A stretch of 62,631 nucleotides of DNA, counting the filler, from Collodictyon triciliatum (taxonomy: Eukaryota): assembly GCA_043381765.1 (NCBI GenBank). It is 5 parts of 5 records of this genome, joined end to end, with 100 filler letters (N's around TTAATTAATTAA, not from the genome) between each part and the next. Parts side by side here need not be neighbours in the genome. Positions count along the whole stretch, not along the records: positions 27,536 to 47,122 come from JBHJMP010000457.1; positions 47,223 to 54,708 come from JBHJMP010000458.1; 3 more parts are not named here. The stretch is one strand, 5' to 3'. Position 1 is the first letter of the stretch. Every line of letters starts with the position of its first letter. This document shows, piece after piece, positions 37,213 to 53,800 of the stretch. The notes under the pieces were generated by a model. That model searched no databases, was not told the origin of the DNA, and worked only from the letters and a program-made list of their open reading frames with translations. The position numbers and the translations under genes are program-made.

Positions 37213-38971
37213 CTATTTCTTTGAAGCAAAGCGAGAGTGGAGGTTGCTTGAATCTGTCACTAATTTCTGGACCACGGATGAATCCACTTTTTTGTTCAAG
37301 ATGTCTCTCTCACGGTCGAATGGCTGATACACTGTCTCTGGAATTTATAACTTTACGTGAATACTTATGCAGAAAAAAATAAGTAAATGTAAATCGCAAT
37401 TAAACTCACCGGTTTTTTGTTTTTTAAGTTTCTCTTGGTGCGTCTCAAGTAGAGATCTTTCTTTTCTCAGCTATTCACAATATTTGAAAAGCAAGAAATT
37501 GTTTATGGTTATCTATTAATAATTTTTGAAGGATGCTCGCATGGTAAAATAACTGGGCAAATTGATATCAGGGAATTAAATTGGAATACAACTCTCACAT
37601 TTTGTACTTCTGGCTGCTTTGTTTCCGATATTTTCCTTTCAGATTTTGTCATGGCTTGCTGCCAGTGAAAATAAATCAGTGATTGAGCCATAGACAACTT
37701 CTTTGTGTTTTCAAGGTTTCTTCAAAGAACATCACTGTATTTCGATTGTTATAGTTTCAAAATAGTATTTTCTTTCTGTATGCAGTATATTGGAAACATG
37801 ATTCGTCTTGCGCAAAAGCATTCAGAAAAGTGGTGGAAATTCAAGTATCAACTAACTTGTCTTCTCTCCTTGGCCTTTCGTTCTTTCTCAGCTGGCGAGT
37901 CTGTCCAGACAGATGTGTCCTGGTTTCGCACCGTCGTTTGTCCAAACCGGCGAGTGACTCCCAATACTGCCTCACCCCAAGCAATCCATATTCATAACAA
38001 AGACATCACACGTGTTGTCAGTTGGCACAGTGCGCATGTAATTCTCGAAAAGAAAAAAGAAAAAAGAAAAAAGAAAAAAGAAAAAAGAAAAAAGAAAAAA
38101 GAAAAAAGAAAAAAGAAAAAAGAAAAAAGAAAAAAGAAAAAAGAAAAAGAAAAAGAAAAAAGAAAAAAGAGTTCTATCAGCAAACCATACAATCGAGATT
38201 CGATCTATTTGTTGGGAGTTGTGTCATCCAGTCCTCTCTTCCTTTGGCCGCCTTTTCTCAAAAGATGAAGTTATTATTGGTTAGACAATCCACCTCTGTC
38301 ATATTGCCTTCTTACTGCGTTTTAAACCACCAAAACGAACAATGCCGTCAATGAAAATCCAAGGAAACATAAGAGAAATGAAAACATCATATGGGCTGCG
38401 AGGAAATAAGCCCAAGATTCCGTACAGCTCAAGAGTCAAACACCTACATTTGCATCCTGATTTGAGTGCTGGGCTGCTTGACAGTCGGCATAGCCTTCAT
38501 CATCATCATCATCATCATTATCATTATCGTCACCAGCACCAGGCGCATACGGCTTCGGTCCGATCTCATCCTCGTCATCCTGCCCTGCAAAGCAAAGCAA
38601 ACAAAGCAAAGTGCCTGTCAATAGAGAGTCGCTCACAAACCGAAGCCGCAGACTGCCAGGCACACACCAGGCAAAGCCGGGCCGATTCCGCGAGACTTGG
38701 CAGGTTGCAGGCTGGCCGAGGCGTGTTTTTCCGCCCGAGGCGTGTTTGCCGACTCTGTCTGGTGTGCAGACTCGCTGTTTTGCTCGTCGGTGTCGTCCGG
38801 ATGGCCGTTGCCGGCAGCCGCCGCGTTTGCTTGGAAGCGGGCGAGCAAGTGCGTCGGGATTTGCGGGCCGATCGAGCGTTTTGCAGACTCAGACTTTGGC
38901 GGAGTTTCGTCCCAGTCCGGCGGCAGTGCGGGGCCGTACGAGTCCGCATTCACCTCGTTGGGCGAGGCCAT
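37213..38971 (-). CDS. GPALPP1: GPALPP motifs-containing protein (DUF3752 family)
   Basis: YGPALPP, IGPQIP, IGPALPG, an acidic tract, REDWMTQLP, SVWTDSPAEKERK and RPFDRERDI...LHSRFASKK*. Confidence 0.88.
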
Positions 38972-39626
38972 TGCGATCGGAGGAGGTGGGTCTAATCGTG
39001 CGTATGGACGGTCAACGGCAACGGCCTCTGTGTGCGTCTTGCGTATGGCTCTTGGCGGCCGCGGGCGGCTTTGGTGTTGTGGTGGAGTCGAGTCGGGTGG
39101 GAAAAGAAAGGTGGGGGTGCATCTGGCTGGGCCTCTTGCTTGAACGCTTGGGACAAAGGGAAAGGTTTTGTTTGTTTGTGGGGGTCTGGCAGAAGGGATG
39201 AGAGGACGGTGGCGCTTGGCGAGGTTGATACATGTTTGTGGGTAGATATAGCTTCTATTCCGTTCTTTCCTGTTGTTTTCTTTTTTTTCTTTCCTTCTTT
39301 CTTTCCTTCTTTCTTTCCTTCTTTCTTTCCTTCCTTCCTTCTTTCTTTCTTTTCTTCCTGTGATAGCATTTCACTTTGAGAGGCGCGAAGGCGATGGAGT
39401 GTGGATCAGAGTGCAGATTGTATCTAGTAGTGCGAAACATAAATACGGAGTATCTCCAAGGCTGGAGAAGAACAAAGAGGAAAAGACAATTAACAAAAGA
39501 AAAGAAAAAGGAGAGACAATAAAGCCTTGGGCGAGACTAAATGGCGCAGAGAGCTTCGCATATAGCTAGACCGAGTCTGTAGTATTAATTGCAAAACAGG
39601 AGAGCAGAGTTCGGCATGTTGCGAAG

Positions 39627-40894
39627 TCATGCAAGCTTTGAACCCCGGTTTGCGGTAGTAGATGAAGAGTGGGCCACGGATGGAGGTCTCATGATTTCAG
39701 GGAGGCTGTGGGCCGCATCCTCAATCTCCCGAATCACGGGTGAAGCTCCACGCGACATTGCAGTTGATTGTGTTGTGGGGGGATTCAGGAAAGACATTGC
39801 AGTCATCGATGCTGTAGAAGGAATACTGAAGTGTGCTGTGTGGTTGGTCACATGCATTCGATTCAGTTCGGACAATTGTGCCTTCAGTAGGGCGTTTTCT
39901 CTTCTGACTTGGATGTAGTCGCTGTAAGGAACAGGCTTGCCTCTCTGTGTCAAATCATCTGGTTGTCGGTCATGTTCGTGTGAGTCTGCTCTTTTTGTAT
40001 TGAAGGGAAGGTTTTGGGCTGTGGCCATCTCCCTTAGCGTTTGGTAGGTTCGCTTGAGCTCGTTCGATAACATATCAACCTGTGAGACCAAATTACCTAT
40101 TTTTGTATGTGTCTCTGAATCCGTAGCCTTAAAGACAGCGATGTCTTTCTTAAGAATGGCAATTTCGCTTTCGTACTGACCGTACCTAGAAAGATTAACG
40201 ATGACTTTGCTACCTTAGTTTGAGGTGAGGAATCAAAAAAAAAAAAAAAACTAACTGATGAACAAACTTGTTTTCTTGTTGGTCGAGCCTTTTTTGCAAT
40301 GACACGTTTTTTTGTTCTAGGGACTTTTTGTCTTTCAAAAGTTGTGTAAAATCTCCCTAAATATAAAAAGAATGCATGATAACTAGAAGCGCCCATTAAT
40401 TAGTCATAAAGGGGTATTGATTAGGTTCTAGATATATCCCTTAGGAATGACACTGGGATATACACCTCATTCACTTGATTTAGAGCTGCTGCAGTTCTAT
40501 CTCGAAGCTTTTGCTTTAGCGTTTTGATCTCTTGGTTTAGCTGTTCAACCTGTTAGCGATTTCATTTCAGAGTTGCAAAGATCATCCGCATCTTTCATAC
40601 AGCTCTGGAAAGTGATTATTGAACCATGTATATGTTACATATGACTACACTGCACACATGGGCCTATTCAAATACCTTTTCAACACTATAGCTTGGTTGG
40701 GTGAATGATTCTAAACAAGGATTAGCAAATTGAGTGATATATCAATTGAACAGGAAATTATAAGGGTCTCAGTTTTGAAAAAAAAACCTGTCAGCTGCAT
40801 ATTTTGGAGTGTAAGTTGGTTAATCTTTCGAATCAATATTTCGTTTTCGAGTTTGAATTTCTATAAAATAAGAGTGGTAATCATGGTGATGATA

Positions 40895-40981
<87 letters not shown>

Positions 40982-42673
40982 ATTATAATGCTTATCTAGT
41001 GTTTACTCAGCGATTTTTCATTTTTATTTCAATTTTAATTGTTAAATGAATAAGAGATAAACTGAAAGCTTTTGAATCAGACCTCCAGGCTCTCTTCGAT
41101 TTTGTTTTTTTCTTCTTTTGTTCTCTTGAATTCTAACCTAATATCTACATTTCCAGTCTTCAAAACATCATATTTCAACGAATATTGATCCAGTTCTTCT
41201 TGCAACTAGATTTTGAAAGGGAATCAAGTTTGTATTCTTTGGCAAGTTGTCTAAATGTTGATTAAAAAATTACCACACATTTTACTATACAAACCTTTCT
41301 TTTTTCATCAGAGGTTGCACGTTCAATGTTTTGAATTTTCGTTAGAAGTTCATGTATCTCTTTCTTTTGCTGTTGGCGAATGATTCTCAATTCCTCTTCA
41401 AACTTTGCCTGTGAATTATAAAGCCTTACATTTTTAAAGACAAGCTATGATAAATTGAAGGGAAAAAATTCAAGCAACAATCAGTAATATAAATCATATC
41501 GACACGTTGTACTGTAAAAGTGTTATGTAAATGAAAGGAGAGTCTATAAAACAATTAAAATTTTAACCTGCGCATCTATTTCGATTTTGTGTAACTTCCT
41601 CCTCAAGGTGTATGCCTCTGACCTTGCTTCTTCGGCCATCTAGTAAATTCAGAGGATAAAAATAAAGAAGGTAGAATCATTACTTTTCAATATGTATATA
41701 AATTTGCAGATGATTTGCATCATACACATCAATAATTGAATTTAACTATGAGAAACGATGAACCTTCAAGGCCACAGATAATTCGCTTCGCACTTCCAGG
41801 TTTTCTTGTTCTAATTTTTTCAAAAGCTTTCTCTACATATAAAAAATAAATGATCCTTGCCCTTTTTGTCGGCAAATGTTGGGGGGTAATCAGTCCGTAG
41901 GACATATTTGAAAGGTGGACTTGTCACAATAGTATTACATATTTTAGCTCATCTTGACTTTTTTTTCAATAATAGGGGGTGAGTCAGTTAATTGGCGTAT
42001 TATGTAGGGAAAAATGCAAACATATACGAAATTTACCTCTTCCAGTACATAAGAGGAATTATCTACGTGGTTATGGTGCATGTTGACTCCTGTGATTGTT
42101 ATTCCAGATTGAATGGACGAGGGTCGAGAGGGAATTGGCTGACAAGGGACAATCTGTGACTATATGATATTTTTACGAGAACAAATCTCATGAGAAGGCA
42201 TATTTGGCTTCAAAGACCCAATACATCTTGTTAAAAATCATGCTGTATGCATTAGCCTCTTATTTAGATGGAGAATATCGAAAATATGTTAACTTTCAGT
42301 CCTGCAATATTTAAACGAGATGTGATTATTCAATTATAAAAGTCATATTCATATACAATTACCTCCAAAATGCGGACCCTTTTTGTCAATTCTGCATTCT
42401 CATCTAGTGTCCGTTGCAAAAGAGAGAGTGACTTGTAATAGCTTTCTGTTTGTGACGTCTCGCCCGCATCATCGGTCTGTTTTTATTTATTTATTTTCAT
42501 AATTATTACCATCATTATCACAATCTCCATTTGCATTTTAATTATTACCGCCATTTTATTATTATCATTATTTTATATTATTCAAGAGTTGAAAATAAAA
42601 GTGGGCATAGAAGTCACGAAAAGATAAACAGCTTCGTGTCCTTGTTTCCAAGGTGGCAGTTGGCAACTGAAAA

Positions 42674-42762
<89 letters not shown>

Positions 42763-42862
42763 NNNNNNNNNNNNNNNNNNNNNNNNNNNNNNNNNNNNNN
42801 NNNNNNNNNNNNNNNNNNNNNNNNNNNNNNNNNNNNNNNNNNNNNNNNNNNNNNNNNNNNNN

Positions 42863-42957
<95 letters not shown>

Positions 42958-43102
42958 GAAGAGAGGCTCTATAACGATTTGAGCGTACTGTCTTTCGAGC
43001 TCTGGAGGACGAGGGAGTAAGTGTTGGCGAGTTTATGCGGCTGCTGACTCGAGAAATCTCTGTTTCGATTGGAGTCACCGGGCGGCTCTGCTTCTTCGAC
43101 AT
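39627..43102 (-). CDS. Uncharacterised multi-exon coiled-coil protein
   Basis: Start MSKKQSRPVTPIETE; many short GT-AG exons rich in E/K/Q/L (e.g. AKFEEELRIIRQQQKKEIHELLTKIQNIER, VEQLNQEIKTLKQKLRDR); terminal exon is ORF 39627-40091. Confidence 0.65.
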
Positions 43103-43582
43103 AACGGCGCGTCTTTGATGTATCACACAAATAGCTGTTTCGTTTATATGTATGAGCAGCCAGACTGAGTCCACAAGACTCTTTCGGTCTCTAAAGCTTA
43201 AAGACACACGGACAGCGACAGACGCTGCGATAGTTTGTGTGCTTTTGCGAAGAGTTTGGTATTAAGGGTGTGATATGCAAGACTTTTGCCCATTAAATAA
43301 ACAAAAGAAAAGAAAGAAAAAAAAAACGCAAGGATCTTCGCAACGGTTACGAAGCCTGGTCAGTAAGCTTCTGTTTGGCTCTGAGGATAACCAGTTGGGG
43401 TGGCACGAGATCAGAGCATGTTTGTGAACTGCAAAGCCTGTTGGTCTCTGGATGAAGCAACCAACAGAGATAATGCCCGGTGTATATCGCTCTGGTGTGC
43501 CGAACAAAGGCCGATTAACCTTCGATGTTTAGCTTCGACTAGTCTTTGGCCGTGAAAACAAAGCCGGTTGGGAGAGACATCG

Positions 43583-45874
<2,292 letters not shown>

Positions 45875-47122
45875 NNNNNNNNNNNNNNNNNNNNNNNNNN
45901 NNNNNNNNNNNNNNNNNNNNNNNNNNNNNNNNNNNNNNNNNNNNNNNNNNNNNNNNNNNNNNNNNNNNNNNNNNNNNNNNNNNNNNNNNNNNNNNNNNNN
46001 NNNNNNNNNNNNNNNNNNNNNNNNNNNNNNNNNNNNNNNNNNNNNNNNNNNNNNNNNNNNNNNNNNNNNNNNNNNNNNNNNNNNNNNNNNNNNNNNNNNN
46101 NNNNNNNNNNNNNNNNNNNNNNNNNNNNNNNNNNNNNNNNNNNNNNNNNNNNNNNNNNNNNNNNNNNNNNNNNNNNNNNNNNNNNNNNNNNNNNNNNNNN
46201 NNNNNNNNNNNNNNNNNNNNNNNNNNNNNNNNNNNNNNNNNNNNNNNNNNNNNNNNNNNNNNNNNNNNNNNNNNNNNNNNNNNNNNNNNNNNNNNNNNNN
46301 NNNNNNNNNNNNNNNNNNNNNNNNNNNNNNNNNNNNNNNNNNNNNNNNNNNNNNNNNNNNNNNNNNNNNNNNNNNNNNNNNNNNNNNNNNNNNNNNNNNN
46401 NNNNNNNNNNNNNNNNNNNNNNNNNNNNNNNNNNNNNNNNNNNNNNNNNNNNNNNNNNNNNNNNNNNNNNNNNNNNNNNNNNNAGGAAGAGGCACAATCG
46501 CACAAGTATCTCATCGCTTTATATTGTAAGTCAAAGAATGTTTTTGCAACGACATCGTTGAAAAAATCAATTGAAGTCCTGAGTGAGTTAATGCAGGGCT
46601 AACAGCTGCTAGTGAATTTTTTAGCCAATCGAGCATGACATTTGACTCACTACTGAATCAACTAAATGCTTTCAAGGATACATGAATATTTTTAAATATC
46701 AAAACGAAAACTTTGAGCCCAACATGATTGTTTCATTCTCTCATGTCGAGCTGATTGCAACGATTTAGACGACTTTGTTCATACATTTTGCTGCTCCGAA
46801 AATTACCAATAAGAACCAAGCCGCGCAACTTTGAATCGAATAAAGGAGAAAAAAGTAACAACCGAGTCATGCTTTCTCTAAAATCCACAAAGGCACCTTG
46901 TTCTCCTCTACATTTTTTAAATGAAAATAGTTATAAAATACACTTTGTTTATTTGGCCCAGAAGACTTTTGTGTGATTTTGTTTAAATACAAGCAGAGTT
47001 ACAGCTAGTGCACAAATACATAGAAAATCGAAGGAAACATACGATATTGTTAACCATCAGACCAATCTTCTCTGTTAATCCAGAACGGATTGATTGAATT
47101 TAGGGCAACCATGATAGGTATA

Positions 47123-47222
47123 NNNNNNNNNNNNNNNNNNNNNNNNNNNNNNNNNNNNNNNNNNNNTTAATTAATTAANNNNNNNNNNNNNNNNNNNNNN
47201 NNNNNNNNNNNNNNNNNNNNNN
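47123..47222. other. Artificial scaffold linker
   Basis: TTAATTAATTAA at 47167-47178 within N runs. Confidence 0.97.
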
Positions 47223-47290
47223 AAGAAAAGAAAAGAAAAGAAAAGAAAAGAAAAGAAAAGAAAAGAAAAGAAAAGAAAAGAAAAGAAAAG

Positions 47291-47321
<31 letters not shown>

Positions 47322-47350
47322 GAAAGATCATCTAGTAAATTTTGTCTTAC

Positions 47351-49244
47351 CGGTACAGCACGACTGAGCACCCCTTCTGAGAGTAACCGTATTTATGTGT
47401 GTCGATACTGAGCGATGTTACACCAGGAAGGCGGAAATCGCATACAGGAATATCGTATCTAAAGTTGAACGAAAAATATAGTTTGTAAGGATTAATGAAG
47501 AGTGCTTCTGCATAAGAATCATTCAAAAAAAAGGAGAGACTTTGAAGAAAAGCGACTGGGCGCGAATACATTACCCGAGCTTTTGTGCCCATGGGAAGAG
47601 GAATCCTCCGAGACAACCATCCACATGCATACCGATTCCTTTAGACTGCGCAAGAGCTGCTAATTCTTCAATTGGGTCAAAAACTCCATGTGGGAACCCA
47701 GGAGCCGAGCCAACAATCTAAAAAAAGATGAGTATGTACGGTTCATTGATAAACTAAGAAAATAAATCAGACACATGGATAATTTTTCATGTAGAAGGAG
47801 CAATAGACTGCCGTTTCCCTGAGTACTGTGAGTGCCATAAATAAAATAACCAAAGCCTACTGCGATGGTGTTCTTTGTTATCGCACGAGCCATAGCGGCA
47901 ACATCAGCACGGTAGTCAGCACCAACTTCGACTTTCACAGCTTGAATACCAAAATAGTGACATGCTTTGTCGAACGCGGCGTGAGCGGAGACTGAGAATA
48001 CACTAAGAGCAAATAATCACATGATTTAGTGCGCTATGGAAGCAGTAACAATAAGGATAACTATTATACCTAATTCACTCAATTTTATTTTGAGCATAAT
48101 GCAAATAGATATCATGGAAGAATATATGGGCAATAGGTAACTTACAGCTCGGGGTATTCGATTCCTCGGACTTTCTTGGCATAGTCTCTGTAGACTTTCA
48201 TGGCCATCAGAATACTCTCAGTACCACCTGAGGTCATCGTCCCACAAACTTCGTCGTCACCGTTCAGCATGCTTGCAGTCATCTTGACAACTTCCGCCTC
48301 GAACTTTCTCGTAGATTTGAAAATATCAGCATGTAACAGGTTGCTGCTTGAGAACGCAACATATACCTAACCGGAAAAAAAGGGGATTATTTCTATTAGT
48401 TCGTTCACAGAAAACAATAAATAGAAACAAAAAAAACTAATTTTAATGATGGAGAATAAAAATCAAAGATTAGGTTTATTTAAAAAAATCGACGTAGCTT
48501 TCAAAATGGCCATAAGGGAGATGGGTTCATACATCGTCCAGGAACTTTTTGTGTTCTTCTCCACCATGATAAATGCATCCCGAAACCTGTCCCTCTGAGT
48601 AATCAGAATCACGCGTTTGGAAGAATCGCATTTTCTCCAAAACTGCCTCGTGGGAGATTCCTTTCTCCGGGATGTGTACAAAACGGTGTTCAGGAGCTTC
48701 GCTGGGAACCATGTCCTGTGCACATCAGAGCGCTTATCAGCCTTTCTCTCACACAATTGAATAAAAGAAATAAAATAAAATAGATATAAAAAGGCACATG
48801 AGACATATGGAGATATACATAAAGATGCAAGCTATACTTCCCAGGTAAGGTCAACCCACACACTCAACCATAGAGGCATTCACACGCATACACAAAACAC
48901 TTTCCAATGCCAACATACCATTCATGAGAGTTTTGGCATGTTTTCAAACTGAGAAGAGAGAAAAAGCGACTGAAGAACAAATCATAAAAAGAGGTAGTGA
49001 ACTGTTTATAAAAGAAGACTACATACGTCCATCTTCTCGACGACCTTGCCGATCTCTTTCTCGATCAACCCCGCAGCGCCAGGAATGACCTTGACAAAGC
49101 TCACCAGGTTCTTGACAATCAGATTCTTCCAGCCCACGCGATGCCACTCGCCCAGTCTGGGGACCGTGTAAGTCAGTGTTGCAGTCAGGGCAATCAGCTG
49201 CCATGGACTCAGGCGTTCGACTCGGGTTTTCAGTGCGTCCACAA
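47351..49244 (-). CDS. SGPL1: Sphingosine-1-phosphate lyase (PLP-dependent), truncated at both ends
   Basis: [20 protein letters not shown]...[51 protein letters not shown], and [13 protein letters not shown] (PLP lysine). Confidence 0.95.
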
Positions 49245-50500
49245 NNNNNNNNNNNNNNNNNNNNNNNNNNNNNNNNNNNNNNNNNNNNNNNNNNNNNNNN
49301 NNNNNNNNNNNNNNNNNNNNNNNNNNNNNNNNNNNNNNNNNNNNNNNNNNNNNNNNNNNNNNNNNNNNNNNNNNNNNNNNNNNNNNNNNNNNNNNNNNNN
49401 NNNNNNNNNNNNNNNNNNNNNNNNNNNNNNNNNNNNNNNNNNNNNNNNNNNNNNNNNNNNNNNNNNNNNNNNNNNNNNNNNNNNNNNNNNNNNNNNNNNN
49501 NNNNNNNNNNNNNNNNNNNNNNNNNNNNNNNNNNNNNNNNNNNNNNNNNNNNNNNNNNNNNNNNNNNNNNNNNNNNNNNNNNNNNNNNNNNNNNNNNNNN
49601 NNNNNNNNNNNNNNNNNNNNNNNNNNNNNNNNNNNNNNNNNNNNNNNNNNNNNNNNNNNNNNNNNNNNNNNNNNNNNNNNNNNNNNNNNNNNNNNNNNNN
49701 NNNNNNNNNNNNGGGGGGGGGGTGGGGTTTTGACTCAGGGGTTCCCTCGGTACGATTAGTTAGCCAGCAACTGCTTCTCTTTTTCACAGGGCGGGCTGAT
49801 TGGAGTTTTCTTTTGTGCATTTATCCTGTTGGTGATGACGCACTAAGAAGACGACTGAGTGTCTATGCCTCATTTCTGAGTCTGGAATTGGTGGGTGGGT
49901 GTGTATGTGTGTGACGTATTGTTTTGTTTATTTTATTTTATTTTATTTTCCATTTATTCCGTTGCGTTGTCCATTGCGTTGCGCGACATACGGTATCACA
50001 GCCACTGATTACTCTTGCGTCCGTAGTCATCACCATCTTATCATCACCTGATTAGCTATTTCTATGTGATGCTTCTTTGGGTTAGAGCCATACTTTCCAG
50101 GATTGCGTGTTGTAGGGGTTGCTAGTTGTCTGTGCCATTTCCACTTGCGTTTCCTAGCATTTTGCTACTGGGGCGAAGGCGAGCTTCGCGAGTTTTTTTA
50201 CTTTATTTCCGCCAGATGATTATTATTATCATTATCATTATCATTTTTCTTTCCTTTATTCGATTCAGAGTTTTCTGCCATATGATAATCTCGCCGACCT
50301 TAGTGGCAATTAAGCCTCTCCGGAATCCGCACAGCCAACGATGAGTTTGCTGACGGAGAGACGATGCAAGGGTTTTCTGGCTTGACTGAACCCAGCCGTC
50401 TCCGGATGCGTGTATGACGAAGGAAAAAAGCGAAAGAACAAAGTGGAATGATGCGCGCGAGAAAAAAAATAAAACTTGTATCCAATGTTGAAAAATGATT

Positions 50501-50582
50501 CGACACTGACAGGATTTGAACCTGTGCGGGCAGAACCCAACAGATTTCTAGTCTGTCGCCTTAACCGCTCGGCCACAGTGTC
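50501..50582 (-). tRNA. tRNA-Ser (anticodon AGA), intronless
   Basis: GACACTG-TGGCCGAGCGGTTAAGGC-G-ACAGA CT AGA AA TCTGT-long variable arm-ACAGG TTCAAAT CCTGT-CAGTGTC-G. 82 nt, followed by a TTTTT Pol III terminator. Confidence 0.97.
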
Positions 50583-50885
50583 TTCTTGTTAAACTGAAAG
50601 AGACATGGTTATAATCTAAATATATGCAGTTACTATCAACGAACGCATACTGATATCAATATGTGTAATTTTATTTATTTTATACTGTCTTTTTTCTATA
50701 TCTTTTCATCTGCCTATTTTTCTCTGTGGTGGTGTCAATGCCAAAGGTGAAGAGAGTGGATTTTTTCCTGTTTATTCATTTAAAAGGAGCGACGGGCTAT
50801 GCGGGCGTCGTTCCTTGGTGATGGGAAATGCACAAGGGTTGCTGCCCCGGTGGTGCGATACTGCGATGTATTGAAATCCTGGTGC

Positions 50886-53800
50886 CTATGGAATCCCCAT
50901 GGTTGCGATTAGGAAGCTGACTTTGTTGTGTAACCACTCTGCGTTTGCAAGGGATGATTTCCAGCGGTCAGGTATGGCTGAGAAACCCAACTTGCATCCC
51001 AGTACCGCCCCACAAACAGCAGCATTTCTGCGAAGATTGAGGCGCGTTAGTGAATGTCCCGTTGTGCCGTACAACCCACTTCATTCATTTGATGCAGGTA
51101 TGAATGTATGTATGTATGTATGTATGTATGTATGTATGTATGTATGTATGTATGTATGTATGTATGTATGTATGTATGTATGTATGTATGTATGTANNNN
51201 NNNNNNNNNNNNNNNNNNNNNNNNNNNNNNNNNNNNNNNNNNNNNNNNNNNNNNNNNNNNNNNNNNNNNNNNNNNNNNNNNNNNNNNNNNNNNNNNATGT
51301 ATGTATGTATGTATGTATGTATGTATGTATGTATGTATGTATGTATGTATGTATGTATGTATGTATGTATGTATGTATGTATGTATGTATGTGCTGGAAT
51401 AACACAGAAAAGGTATAAAAATAAGAAATAGTTCATCTTTTACGCATCAGAGTCGCCTCCTTCCTTCACGATCTGAGTGATAGATTCTTCAAAATTCGTC
51501 GATTTAATCATAGAGAAGGCACAAGCGAGGGGCTTCAGGGCAAAACTAATTGTTTGTGGGTTAGCACTCATGATAAAGTAGAATGGGTAAAGGTACATAT
51601 CAAAAGCTGCGTACCTTCTGGACGTTTCATCGTCAAGCCTAAGATTGGCTATATTTTCTGTATTGATGTATTGGAGGAATTCTTCCTCGTGTGATGCAGT
51701 CTTCATATCCTCTTTAGAGCGTGATATAACATCTTTCATGAAGCTGGTTAACTAGTTCAAAATCGTTTTGTAAACATTAACGTAAAGATAAATCCTCTAA
51801 TTAAATTCGAAGTCATATCAGCAGCATTTGGTTTTTTTAAAAAGAAAAAAAATTACTTGGCTATGGGATTACACACATGACCAAAGAGTGCATAAAAAAG
51901 TATATGGACGAGATTTTACAAAATAGTTTTAAAAATACCTCATAGGGTTCTTTTAGGTTATATTTCCCTTGTAGGAGAATAGCCACAGCCAACGCCACAG
52001 CCACACTCGATGCCACACAACGTTCATCTGCATGAGTTATCTTGGAAAGGGGATGAGAAGCAGCAGAGTGAATACGAATACTCGAGGAAAATCAATTACT
52101 CCCCGTACAAAAGTGAATAGATTGTCGTCGAACGCCAAATTAAATCAGGGGTATGCAGCTTAATTACCTTGGCATTTCGTCGGGCGGTTTCAACAACTTT
52201 GTCGAGACTCCAGAATCGCCCCATTCCGATGAAAGGACTACGAATGATGGATCCATTCCCAGCAGCAAGAGGCTTTTCCTTCTCATTAATTTCCCAAGCC
52301 ACCTAAAAAGTTGTGGAAAAATCCTTTAAACCAGCAAGAAGAAACGGAATCCCAATTCTTGGTGAACCAATATCATTGCGTCTTTTCTCAATTTAATGAT
52401 TAAGTCTCATGTGCAACTTTTAAATACATTTTAGACATTACCCTGTGTGGATTTTTGAAGAACTCGTCATGTGATATAATTTTTTCTAATCCAAGATACA
52501 TGATTTTTAATCGCAATTAGATTACAAAAAGACTCCTCTAAAGCAAGGATATCCTAGATATTTTGAAAAGAATTTCGATCGCGTGAGAAATCAAAGTTAC
52601 CTAGGGTTTTGCTTGCTACTTGACCCGCACCATGGCCAATTTCAGGGTGTCCATTTTTTACCAGAAACTGAATTCGTCGAGCCAATAGGTCATTAGGAAT
52701 CTAGATGATATAATTCACTACGTGTTAATCTACCAGCTCTTAAGCAAGTAACTCGGATGAATCAGAATTTTTCACAAATAAGAACCTCTCCATTATGATC
52801 GATGAGAGAGTCTAATACAATCAGTGCCTGATCTGTGATCATTAGTCGTATTTAGATATTATCTTTACGGGATAAGTATTGAAAAAAGGGTATTGCACGA
52901 ACATTTAAGAGAGAAACAAGCCGAAATAAAAGGAACAATACGAGAAAAACAAGACAAGAAAAACAAACGAAGAATGAATGAACGAATAAACAATTACCTG
53001 TCTCCTCTGTCCAATCCCCAGATTCCTAGATGATTTGTTTTGTTTACTTACATCATTTGGGAAGAAGAAAAAGGAAACGTTGAGCTTATACGAAAACAAT
53101 TCAAAAAAAAGCGTATTAAACTTAACTACCCATCGAACTCTATGCGCGTCTTTGACCATGGTATTGAAATCAAATACCGGCGATTTTCCGTAATTTTCGA
53201 TGACTTCACTCTTAGACATGTTTTCGGTAGCTATAATGCATGTCATTAAGCGAATGTTGTAAAAAAAAAAATCAAAAGAAAATCATAGATGGGTGTAGAT
53301 GACTTGTCATGGAGATATTTCGTGATCAAAAAGTGGTAAATTATAGAAGGTCGTACCAAGTCCTATCGCATCACCAATTGCGAATCCTACAGATTATATA
53401 TTGGGTTGCGTATTTTATTATATCGAAGAATATATATCCCAAATAAGTGATGGGTATATGAGTGAATGCGTAATAAAGTATCTAGGACTCATCAATATTT
53501 TACAATGGTTAACTATAATACGAAATAGGAAGCATCTTACCAAAGACGCACCCACGTATCATGTCTTTGAGTCTATCGTTGGAGTTGTTGCTAATAGATT
53601 TGGGGATGGGCATTTCGGTCAAGTCTAGATAAAGCATTGCAAATAACTTTAGAGCTGTCTGATTTGGCAAAGCTAATGAAATATCAACTCATATTAGGAT
53701 TGCGGATAAATAAAACTCCATTAAATGGCTATAAATTAATTATTAACAGCTCGATATTCATAAATAAATTATGTAATCATATTTCATACGCCCTGCTTCT

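Noticed and set aside
38342-39201. Long + strand ORFs including a poly-His tract
   Set aside because: Antisense shadows of GC-rich GPALPP1 exons; the His run is the complement of its acidic tract.
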